Assembly: GCA_918797485.1 (NCBI GenBank)
Contig: CAKKNE010000005.1
Location: 5,268,732-5,288,731 of the forward strand
Origin: Pelagomonas calceolata
Taxonomy: Eukaryota
Direction of reading: 5' to 3'
DNA: 20,000 nt
Of the stretch, positions 1-9,000 are shown in pieces. How positions within the stretch are numbered: position 1 is the stretch's first letter; each line of letters opens with the position of its first letter. The notes under the pieces were generated by a model. That model saw only the letters and a list, made by a program, of their open reading frames with translations, was not told the DNA's origin and did no database searches. A program made the translations under genes and the position numbers.

Positions 1-1170
1 GACGCGCTCGCCGCGCACGTCCGCGAGAGCCTGGGCCCGCTGCTCAGCGACGATGAGCGCGAGCTTCGCTCTGAGTCGATTCAGGGCGTCGCGCTTGTTC
101 GCCGCCTGGGTGCGCTCGCGCGTCGACTTTACGGCGACGCCCGTCGGCAGGTGCACGATGCGCACCGCCGTCTCCACTTTATTGACGTTCTGGCCGCCGG
201 CGCCGCCCGCTCTCGCTGTCGTGATCTCCAGGTCGTTATCATCTAAATCCACAATGTCCTGCGGCAAAGCCGGGTGGTCCTCGGGCAGTTCCGGCACGGG
301 CTCCACGCTCGCGAACGACGTCTGGCGCTTTGCGGCGCTGTTGAAGGGCGACTGCCGCACGAGTCTATGAGCGCCGCGCTCGCCCCGTAATAACCCGAAC
401 GCGTGCGGGCCCTCCACTTGTAAGGTAACGCTCTTCACGCAGCCCGGGTGGTCGCCCTCGGCGCGCTCGAGCTCCCTGCACTGCAGACCTCTCGCGTCGC
501 AGAAGCGCGCGTACATCCTGGCGACCATGGCCGTCCAGTCCTGCGCGTCGAGGCCGCCGGCGCCGGCCTGCACCTCCAAACGGCACGCGCACGCGTCGAA
601 GGGGCCGTTCAGCGCTTGCGCGAGTTGTCTTTCTTCAAGAGCTTTTCGCAGCGCGTCGAGCGCGTCCGTCGCCGCCTCGGCGTAGAACGCCTCGCTCTCC
701 TCGTCGTTTTCCGACTCCGCGAGGCCGTCGAGCGCGGCGGCGGCGTCCTCGAGGAGCGCGTCGCCCGCCGCGACGGCGTCGCGGTCGCCTTTCAACGCGG
801 CGAGCCGCGCGAGCGCGGTCTGCGCGGCGTCGCTGTCGTCCCAAAAGTCCGGCGCGGCGGCGGCCGCCTCGAGGTCCCGGATGTCGTTCTGCCAGGCCGC
901 CACGCGCTCGGCCGGCGGCCGCGTCTTCGCGACTTCGTCGCTCAGCGCGGCGAGGTCCGCGCGCAGCGCCGGCAGCGCGTCGGCGCCGGTAGGCGTCGTC
1001 GCGAGCAGGCGCGTCAGGTGTCGCATCGTCGGTTGCGGAGCCTGAGTCAAGCGTCGCATCGTCGGTCGCAGGCCCCGCGCGCCGCCGAAGCGCGTCACGC
1101 GTCGCATCGTCGGTCGCAAACTCCGCGCGGCGCCGGCGAGAAGGAGCATGGCTGCCGCTCGTGGCAGCAT
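1..1170 (-). CDS. prfB: Peptide chain release factor 2, nuclear-encoded and organelle-targeted; 3' end runs off the window
   Basis: Hand translation of the minus frame (absent from the ORF track because no stop lies in the window): [18 protein letters not shown]...PDFWDD...[12 protein letters not shown]...[27 protein letters not shown]...[25 protein letters not shown]. It has the RF2-specific SPF motif and catalytic GGQ. Alternative start is the ATG at 1149. Confidence 0.95.
   Translation of the reverse strand, partial: MLPRAAAMLLLAGAARSLRPTMRRVTRFGGARGLRPTMRRLTQAPQPTMRHLTRLLATTPTGADALPALRADLAALSDEVAKTRPPAERVAAWQNDIRDLEAAAAAPDFWDDSDAAQTALARLAALKGDRDAVAAGDALLEDAAAALDGLAESENDEESEAFYAEAATDALDALRKALEERQLAQALNGPFDACACRLEVQAGAGGLDAQDWTAMVARMYARFCDARGLQCRELERAEGDHPGCVKSVTLQVEGPHAFGLLRGERGAHRLVRQSPFNSAAKRQTSFASVEPVPELPEDHPALPQDIVDLDDNDLEITTARAGGAGGQNVNKVETAVRIVHLPTGVAVKSTRERTQAANKRDALNRLRAKLALIVAEQRAQALADVRGERV
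1020..1114 (-). repeat. Three copies of the 14-bp core GTCGCATCGTCGGT, encoding PTMR(R/H)xT repeats in the RF2 presequence
   Basis: Copies at 1020-1033, 1053-1066 and 1101-1114; spacings of 33 and 48 bp preserve frame. Confidence 0.9.
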
Positions 1171-1300
1171 CCGTGTGGCAGCAATGCAGCGGAGTGCACT
1201 ACTGCGCGGCACGTTTAAAGAGAAGCTCGGAAGTTATTTGCAGCTATCAGCGCTGCGTCTCTGCCCTGTGTTTTGCCCCCTGGCACTTTAGGCAGAATGG

Positions 1301-1323
1301 GCTAGCGGCGTGTAAGACACTAG
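1301..1323 (+). promoter_or_regulatory. Conserved divergent-promoter element, copy 1 (GCTAGCGGCGTGTAAGACACTAG)
   Basis: Near-identical copies at 10878, 14275 and 17090, each between head-to-head genes. Regulatory role is inferred from position. Confidence 0.7.
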
Positions 1324-1677
1324 AAAGCAAGCAGAACATCTTGGAAGGGTACGGCGCGAAGCTCCATCAAACACGAGCCTTCCCGAAGAGTCTTCTCTTT
1401 ATCGAAGAGCCTGGACAGTTTCGGCCAGCAACTCTGCCTCGAGGCCTTCGTCCGAGGCCCATTTTGTGGACGTCTCGCCGCACGCCAGACAGCAAGAAAC
1501 GCAAGGGTTGCCTTAAGGCCTATCTAGGACGCAAGGGCAGCAACTGTCGCCGCGCACGGACCGTCGTCGTCCACAGAAGCAAGAGGTGTGTGTGTTGGGC
1601 AGCCCGAGCCCGGCTTGAGGGGTCGTCGACTCCGCAGAGGCCAGTTTGGCTGCGCAGCAGAGGGATAGCAAAGCACG

Positions 1678-2499
1678 ATGAGCGCCTACGGCGGCGCCAT
1701 CGTCTTGGCCTCGGGCGAGCTCCGGTTCCGGCCCCAGTCATTTAGTTATTGCGGCCACTGCGACCAATATTTCATGTCTTGTACGTGCCACGGCATCCCC
1801 CATGCGCACGACTTTAATTTCAAGTGCCTGCCGCGGCCGCCGGACGGCTCGACGCCGCAGATGCTGTTGCGGCGGTGGTGTTCGTGCGTCGCGCAATCGT
1901 CGTCGATGGGCCGCTTCGAGGCCCTGAAGTGGTACCGGGACCACTCGTCGGCAAAACTCCGGGCCATGGCCAACAAGCGGGACGCTTTGAACGACATGGT
2001 CGAGGAATACGTGGCTCGCTTGCCGAGCGACCCTCACTTGCCGCTACTGGCCAAGGCGATCGGGATTCGGGGCGCGCCCGCTGAGGGCGCGCCTCGATTA
2101 GCAAGGGAGGCGCGGTCCGCGGCTGCTTCCTTCGTGGCGGGCGACTGGGCCACCGTGACGCGCGTCGGCGCCTTGCTGCTAAACAACGCGTTCCAGTCGA
2201 GCGACTGCGACCGCTACCCCTTGGCCGACGACGAGCTCGCCGAGGTCTTCTCGGCCATCGACACCTTGAACAAGGTGCTCGGGCTCGGCTATTCCGACGT
2301 CGGGTGGTGCCTCGCGATCGAGAACGACCGCGCGCCGCATGTGACGCCGGCGGCGCCGGGCGCGTCGGGCCGCTTCCGCGACGTCTCCGCCGCGCCGCCG
2401 CAGAACACGCAGTGCCGCTGCGGCTCGACGACGCACAAGCGCACGAACCACTCGTCGTGCCCCCTGAACCCGAAGAAGACGCAGCGCGCGCGGACCTAA
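1678..2499 (+). CDS. Hypothetical 273-aa protein with an N-terminal Cys/His cluster and a C-terminal zinc-knuckle-like motif
   Basis: ATG-initiated ORF with GC3-rich codons. N-terminal CGHC...CTCH...HAH; C-terminal CRCGSTTHKRTNHSSCPLNP. Its stop lies 14 bp from the convergent gene's stop, matching local packing. Confidence 0.7.
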   Translation: MSAYGGAIVLASGELRFRPQSFSYCGHCDQYFMSCTCHGIPHAHDFNFKCLPRPPDGSTPQMLLRRWCSCVAQSSSMGRFEALKWYRDHSSAKLRAMANKRDALNDMVEEYVARLPSDPHLPLLAKAIGIRGAPAEGAPRLAREARSAAASFVAGDWATVTRVGALLLNNAFQSSDCDRYPLADDELAEVFSAIDTLNKVLGLGYSDVGWCLAIENDRAPHVTPAAPGASGRFRDVSAAPPQNTQCRCGSTTHKRTNHSSCPLNPKKTQRART

Positions 2500-2513
2500 C
2501 TAGTAGTAGTTAT

Positions 2514-5500
2514 TCAGGGGGACGCGGGCGTCCGTTCGCTCGTGTTGGCCAGCGCCGCCTTCATCAACTGGTCGACGCCGCCGCCGTCCACACTTGAAAC
2601 GGCCTCGCAGGCCGCTCTAAGTAATCCCCGCTCCTGCACAGCCGCGCGCGCCACGGCCGCTGCGTTCTTCCCTTCCGAAACAGCGGCGAAGGCCAAGCGC
2701 TGCGCCGCGCCCGCCGTCGCGGCGAGGTCGCGCATTCGCGCGTCCCGTTTTTCCGCTGCGGCGCCCTTGCCGACGTAGCACGGCGCCTTGCGCGGCACGC
2801 GGCGCGCGACGGCCCGCACGATCGGGAGGAGACCCGACGCGGCGGCGGCCGCGTCCACGTCCGAATTACCGTCGCCGCCCTTGAGCAGCGCCGCCGAGAC
2901 CATGGAGAGGGCCTCGTCACCGTTCGCGGCGACCTCTATGAGTTTCGCGTCCGCCTCGGATACGGCACTCTGCGGCGCCGGCCAGAGGCGCAATGCACCG
3001 TCGGCCGTGGCCGTCGCGACGCGTTGGCGCGCCCGCCGCTCACCGTACGCGTCCAAGCCCAAGGCGGCTTCGTCGACGGCCACGCCCACGACGCGCCCGC
3101 CGGTGCGCGCGCAGTTTAGCGCATGCACCAAACCGCCCCTATCATCATTATCGCCGAGGGCCCAGCATCGACAAGAACCATCCTGCGACGCGGTCCAGGC
3201 CGACGACCCGTCCGCCGCGACCGCGATCTGGACGACGGCGCCGCGGTGGCCGGCGCCCGGGAGCTCGGCCAGTCTCATTGGTGTGCCGCCGCGGCAGTCG
3301 AAGCGGATTGGTGCGGGCGCATCGCCCCCGGCCAGCAGCAGCGAACCGTCCCGCGTCCACGCGAGCGCCTTCGGGGCCGCGTCCAGTCGCAGCAACACAT
3401 GCGGCGCGGGCGCCAGCGGCGTCTCCGTGCTGCTGCCTTCGGCGTCGTCGTCGTCGTCGTCGAGCAGTTGGAGAGGCGCCGACGACGCCGCCGTCGACTC
3501 GTCGTGCAACGACGGCGAAGGCGCGCCAACGGACTCCTCCTCCTCGTAGCGCCACAACCTGATAGTTTTGTCCATCGAGGCCGACGCGAGCTCGGAGCTG
3601 CCGGGGCGAAAGGCGACGGCCGTGGCGTACCAGCTGTGGCCCGCGAGCAGGCGGACCGGCGCGCCGCCGCGCGTCGCGTCCCACAGCCTAATAATGCCGT
3701 CCGTCGCGGCCGTCGCGGCCAGGAGCCCGGGCGGGCCCCGCGTCGAAATGTCCACGGCCAGGACCCAGGCGCCCCGCGGATGTACGAATTTGAGCGCCGG
3801 CTTGCGAACGACGGGCGTGACCGCCGTCGGCGCGGCGTCCGTGGCCGGGTCGTCGTCGCCAGCGAGTCGCACGGTCTTCGGGAGCTTCGCGTTGCCGTCC
3901 TTGGCGGCCGCTTTGTGCAACGCCTTCTGCCAGCATTCCACGGTGGCGCCGTCGTCGCCCGGCGGACAGGGGCCCGGCGACAGGCGCCAGAGGCAGGCCG
4001 CGCCGTCGGAGCCGCCCGTGAGCAGTACGATTTCGTCCTGCACGCGGCCCGTCGTGTGGTAGACGTCCTTGCAGGCGCAGGCGGCCACCGCGAGGACGCG
4101 GCCCGCGTGGCCCGCGACGTCGCCGATGTGGGCAGCCGAGCGGGGCAGCCACAGGCACGCGCGGCTCCGGTGCGCCTGGACGGCGACGGCGCCGCCCGGC
4201 AGGAAGACGACGCCGCCCGCGCCGCCGCCGCCCCGCGCGCCGGCCGGGCGCATCACTTTTAAGGCGTCGCCCTCGGCGCTCTCCGTGGGCTTCGGGCGCC
4301 TTCTTTGTGCTTTCTTGGAGGGCGTCGCAGGTGCCGGCTTTTCCGTGGCCGCCGGCGCCACGCTCGTCCGCGCGGGCGAGGGCTCCGCGACCGCGGTCGA
4401 TGGTCCGCGGAGCGCCGAGTTCACGCGCGCGGCCGGCTGCGTCGCGGCGACGGGAGTGGCGACGGCCGACGGCCCCTGAAGCGAGGAGTTGACGCGCGCG
4501 GCCGGCTGCGCGGGCTCGACCTCGGCCGCGGGCCCGTCGTCGGTCGTCGGCGCGAGGGGCTGGCGCGGCGCGCCGGCGATGGGTCGCACCATCTCGCGCG
4601 GCAGCTCCTCGTCCACGTCGCCGTCGTCGTACATGACCTTGAAGCTGCCGTTCTCGTTCTGCTGGAGGAGCTTGCCCTTGTAAATCTTGCCGCGGCCCCG
4701 GAATCTGGCTTCGACGGCCATGCCCGGGCTGAGCGGTGCGTTCGACTCGTCGAGCGGCTCCTTGGGCGTCTGGGGGCGCTTCTTGGACGGAGAGGGCGCC
4801 GGGGCCGGGGCCGGAGCTGCTGCGGTTTTGGAGCGGATGAGCGCGGCGGGCACGCCGAGCTCGCCCTCTCCGTCGTCGTAGAGCACGCCGAACGTGCCGT
4901 CGTCGTTCAACGCCGTGATCTGGCCCGGGTAGTACGTGCCCTTTCCCCTATAATTCGCCTCGACGGCGGCGCCGACCGCAAATAACGAGCGCTTTGAGAT
5001 CAACGCCTCGGCGACGCGCGCCTCGCGCTCTCCGTCTTCGTAAAGAATGTCGTAGGTCGCGTCCTCGTGGACCTTTTCAATAGCGCCGGGGTAGGTCTTC
5101 GCGCGGCCGCGGTACCTCGCGTCGACCGCGTCGCCGACACTGAAAGCCGGCTCTCCCGTTTCCGGCCGGGCAACCTCTGGCGCGCTCTCCTCGCTCCGGC
5201 GCCGGACGCTCTCCGGCGCCACGCACGCCTCGGCGTCGCCGTCCTCGTACAGAATGTCGTAGGACCCATCCTCCCTTACGGACGTGATCTTCCCGGCGTA
5301 GTAGCGCCCGCGCCCGCGGAAGTCGGCCTCGACGGCGTCGCCCTCGCGGAAGGCGTCTTCCGCGGCGACAGCGTCGTCCGCGGCGAGCGTCGCCTCGACG
5401 AAGGCCGCCGCCACGGCCGCCTCGGCGTCGCCGTCGTCGTACGCGACCTGCGTGGGGGTTTGTCATTGGCGTAAGGCGACACATCGACGCCGGCGCACGG

Positions 5501-6927
5501 ACGTCGTACGTGCCGTCGTCGTTCACGGCCGCGATCTTACCCGGATAGCGCTGCGCGCCGCCGCGGTACCGGGCCGTCACCGGCGTGCCCACGTCCAGGC
5601 GCGGGCCCGACGACGGCGTGGGCCCGTCGTGGAAGTCGCCGAAGATGAAGTGCCGCTCCAGATGTTCTCCGACGTTTCCGTCCTCGAAGGCGACTTCGTA
5701 CAAGGTCGTCGCCACGTCCTCGCCGTCGATCGTGCACACGTCCGTGCGCTTGCCCGAGATGCAGCCCGGTCTGACTTTCCCGTCGTCCGCGCGCGCGTCG
5801 ACGGCGTCGCCGGGCTGCAGCTCCAAACGCTGGCGCTGGTCCGGCAGGCGTAGACGTCTCCGCGTCACGTCGACTTCCCGGTCGCCGTCGTCGTACACGA
5901 TTTCGTAGGTGCCGTCCTCCGCGATGGCCTCCACTCTTCCGGGGTAGAACGTCGGCGTGAGGCCAAAGCGGCACTCTATTCTCATGTTCTGCGTGATGGG
6001 CGTGCCGCCGGGTGTCGTCATTGCGGCCCGCGGTGCGACGGCCGGCGTCTGAGGGACGACGGCCGGCGCCGGCGCCGGCGCCGGCGCCGGCGCGGCGTCT
6101 TCCGGCCGCTGCGGCGAGAGGCGGCCCGTCGCGGCCGCGTCCTCGAGCAGGCGCCGTTGGGAGCGAGAAGCGCCCAGCACCGTGCCGGTCCCTTCGTCGT
6201 GTCGCGCCACGGCGGCCGTCGCGTCGTCGGCGGCCCCTTCGTTGGCGTTGACGTGCGCCGCGAAGACGTGCTTCCGTTGTACGTCCGCTTCGACGCCGTC
6301 GTCGAAGCGTATCGTATACGTGGTATTCTCCCGCCCCAGGACCGTCGCCGGGGACACGGCGCCGCCGTCGGGCCGCCGCGCGTCGACCCTCGAACCCGCG
6401 TCCACGTTTTCTGGTTGCTGCTGGCCGGGCCGCCGCAGCCTTCGGAGTATGACGCCGGCCTCCGCCTCGCCGTCGTCATAGGTAATATCGTGCGTGCCGT
6501 CGTCGTTGGCTTTCGCGACGGCGCCCGGGTAAAAGGTCGCCGTGTCGCGGTAGCGGCACTCTATTTTGGTTCCCTCCGCGAGCGGTTCGTCGCGCCACTC
6601 TCCAAAGACGTAGCGCCGTTCGAGCTCTTGCGTCGTATCATCGTCGAAGACGATGGTGTGCGTGTCGCCCTCTATATTCTTTATGGTAGCAGCGCGCACT
6701 TCCCCGGAGCCGTGCCGCGCGTCGACGGCGTCTCCCTTCGCGAGAACCTTGCGCTGGCGCTGGCCGGGCAGCCGCGCGCGCCGTCTTTCGACGTTCTGCT
6801 CCTCTTCGTTGGTGTCGTAGGTGACGCCGAGCCGCGTGCCGTCGCTGGCCGTGATGGTGGCCGCTCGAAAGTCGGGCGTCGCCCCGTAACGGACCTCGCA
6901 GCGGACGCCGGGCTGGAGGTCGTCCAT
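2514..6927 (-). CDS. Multi-Tudor/Agenet (about 11 repeats) plus WD40-repeat protein, two exons (6927-5503, 5447-2514), about 1452 aa
   Basis: ORFs 5077..7098 and 2514..5414 join in frame across a 55-bp GT-AG intron, restoring GTYD|VAYDDGDAE. Repeated GDAVxARYRG...YPG.I...DGTYDI.YDDG units; WD40 signatures TGGSDGAACLW, ATDGIIRLWD, GHSWYATAVAF...SASMDKTIRLW, TASQDGSCRCW. Start is placed at MDDLQPG; an upstream in-frame ATG exists at 7098. Confidence 0.88.
4417..4510 (-). repeat. Short in-frame internal duplication (QPAARVNS x2, 69-bp period) in the low-complexity linker
   Basis: gagttcacgcgcgcggccggctgcg at 4417 and gagttgacgcgcgcggccggctgcg at 4486. Confidence 0.8.
5448..5502 (-). other. Spliceosomal intron, 55 bp, phase 0
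   Basis: Sense sequence GTCCGTGCG...CCCCCACGCAG; removal restores frame and an intact Tudor repeat. Confidence 0.88.
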
Positions 6928-7252
6928 CTTTACTGTTTGGCTGCCTGTTGTTATCTGTATGATGCGTCGGGCAGCCACACTGCGCTGTGGTGAGCAGCGC
7001 CAACCGGCGCTGGAACTGGCGCCGCGCGGGCGACGGGAGGGCTCGACGCGCGCGTCGGGACTCCTCCCGCTGGGACGACTAGGGCTGCGACGAGTCATGG
7101 GAATTTGGAGGTTGGGGGCTTGTGGACGTCACCCGCGGGGATTGGGGCAGCTTCACCTTACGTCCTCGGATTGTAATGGGGAGGCGGGTTGACGGGCAGC
7201 CTGAGGCGTCCTTGGAAGGTTGAAGGGCGGCCTTTACACGGTTGGACGTGTA

Positions 7253-7271
7253 GCTAGGGGCAGGAGACTAG
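7253..7271 (+). promoter_or_regulatory. Degenerate copy of the divergent-promoter element (GCTAGGGGCAGGAGACTAG)
   Basis: Retains GCTAGnGGC and GAnACTAG(AAA) ends like copy 1 but is 4 nt shorter in the middle; lies between head-to-head genes. Confidence 0.4.
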
Positions 7272-7484
7272 AAAAAAGGGAGAGGTCGCGTAGAAACGAG
7301 GAGGTGCGGCAGGCTTGCGTTGCGACGTGTCGCGGTCCTCTACGGCTTCGCAGGGCGATCGGGAGTCGGGGCACGCGCATCGATCGAGCAGCTGCCGAGC
7401 GAGGCTCCCATCTTATGCCAAAGAAGAACACCTGCGCATTGAACACGACTGAAAATTTGACAGTGCATCACTGGACGGCCGCCC

Positions 7485-8765
7485 ATGGCCCACATGCAAT
7501 GGCGTTTGCGTACAGCACTGTTATGTGGTGTTTTGGGCGTAAAATGTTGCTTCTCCTTAACAACCCCAGTCGCTGGCCGCGGCGCCTCGCGGAGCTCTAA
7601 AAGAGCCGCGGCCGCGAGCGAGCCACCGGCGACCCCGCTGCCCACTGGCGCGACCGCCGAAAGTCGTTCAATTTTGCCAATTTTGCCGGCGGAAGGCGGG
7701 AAAACAGAAACCGGCCTTCTGAGCGCCGAAATCCCCCTGGCAAATCTGCTCGCCCGCGCTCCACGCCAATTACAAACCTACTGGGCCCGGAACTGGGCCC
7801 GCCTGGCCATTCTCGGCTGCGCTTTGACTTATGGGACCAACTTCGCCGCCGTCAAGCAACTCGACCACTCGCTGCCACCTTCTTTGTCCGCCTCGCTGCG
7901 CTTCGGCCTGGCGTCGATGGCGGCGTTGACCGTGCTCTGGGACGTGCGGGACTGGGACTGGGAGTCGGACGAGTTGCGGTCTTTGCAGAAAGTCTCGATG
8001 GAGGTCGGCGCCGCGAACGCGATGGGTTACGTCTCGCAGAGCGTCGGGTTGCAGGACGTGGATGCGTCTCTCTCGGCGTTCGTGTGCTCGCTCGCGGTCG
8101 TCGTCGTGCCCGTGTTGGATGCGGTCGTGGACCGCAAACGCACGACGGCGCGGACGTGGCAGGCCGCGGTGCTCGCGGCGGCGGGCGTGGCCATGCTGTC
8201 GGTCAACTCCATGGGCCACAGCGTGGACGGCCCGCACGGCGCGGTGCACGGGTTGTTGTTCACGCTCATCCAGCCCTTGGCGTTTGGGTACGGCTTTTAC
8301 CGGACGGAAAAGGCCCTGGCGGCCGTGCCCGACGACCTGGACCTGACCAAGGCGTCGCTGGCGTGCGGCGCCATGCAGCTGCTGACCGTCAAGGCCGTGG
8401 CCGACGTGTGGCTGCTGAGCGACCAGTGGGGCGCCGCGGCCGACGCGTTCCCGGACGCGCTCGCCTTATTGGCCGAGCCGCCGGCCGTCTTCGGGGCCGT
8501 GGTCTGGACGGGCCTCGTGACGACCTTCGGGACGGTGCTCGTCGAGACGCTCGCGCTGTCGGAGATCTCGGCGCAGGAGTCCACGGTGCTCTTCAGCACC
8601 GAGCCGCTCTGGGGCGCTGGCTTCGCGTCGCTCGCGCTCGGCGAGCGCCTCGACGAATACTCGGCGGCGGGTGGCGTCATGATCGTCATGGCGTGTCTGC
8701 TCGCGTCCGGCGGCTTCGACGGCGACGACGGCGGCGGCGAGGAGCTCGTGCCAGCTTCTCGGTGA
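7485..8765 (+). CDS. EamA / drug-metabolite transporter family membrane protein, probably plastid-targeted
   Basis: Two EamA-like halves: GCALTYGTNFAAVK...LRFGLA...SQSVGLQ..DASLSAFVCSLAVVVVP and ISAQESTVLFSTEPLWGAGFASLALGERL. N-terminus looks like a signal peptide followed by an S/T/R-rich transit peptide. Confidence 0.9.
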   Translation: MAHMQWRLRTALLCGVLGVKCCFSLTTPVAGRGASRSSKRAAAASEPPATPLPTGATAESRSILPILPAEGGKTETGLLSAEIPLANLLARAPRQLQTYWARNWARLAILGCALTYGTNFAAVKQLDHSLPPSLSASLRFGLASMAALTVLWDVRDWDWESDELRSLQKVSMEVGAANAMGYVSQSVGLQDVDASLSAFVCSLAVVVVPVLDAVVDRKRTTARTWQAAVLAAAGVAMLSVNSMGHSVDGPHGAVHGLLFTLIQPLAFGYGFYRTEKALAAVPDDLDLTKASLACGAMQLLTVKAVADVWLLSDQWGAAADAFPDALALLAEPPAVFGAVVWTGLVTTFGTVLVETLALSEISAQESTVLFSTEPLWGAGFASLALGERLDEYSAAGGVMIVMACLLASGGFDGDDGGGEELVPASR

Positions 8766-8834
8766 CCACACGTCGCACACTCGTAGAATGTGCGACTCTT
8801 AGGATAGGATAACTTTCGCCCGCTTTATTCACAG

Positions 8835-9000
8835 ATTATCACAGTAGAATTGCCCGCGCGTTCCCCGCCAGCCGCTCCTCCGCTTCAGTCAACGACCAGT
8901 CGCGCGCGTCCGCGATCATTATCACAGTAGAAATGCCCGCGCGTTCCCCGCCAGCCGTTCCTCCGCCACATCAAGCGACCAGTTGCGTGCGTCGGCGATC
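8835..9000. repeat. Tandem duplication of 83 bp covering the last 25 codons and stop of the TcdA-TatD gene
   Basis: Units 8835-8917 and 8918-9000 differ at 11 of 83 positions by hand alignment, with no indels. Confidence 0.93.

Noticed and set aside
1..1170. Bacterial prfB programmed +1 frameshift, or bacterial contamination
   Set aside because: The frame is continuous with no CTT-TGA site, it has a eukaryotic presequence, and it is contiguous with intron-containing genes and a telomere.
53..1218. Plus-strand ORFs 53..370 and 448..1218, and the many other Arg/Ala-rich overlapping ORFs in the window
   Set aside because: Antisense or off-frame shadows of real genes, expected at this GC content; no domain motifs.
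1678..2499. Fanzor/TnpB or transposase
   Set aside because: No RuvC or DDE catalytic motifs, terminal inverted repeats or target-site duplication were seen.
1464..7130. Shared 11-mer TTGTGGACGTC in the two longest divergent spacers (1464 and 7120)
   Set aside because: It does not extend colinearly and is absent from the other three promoters; compatible with chance.
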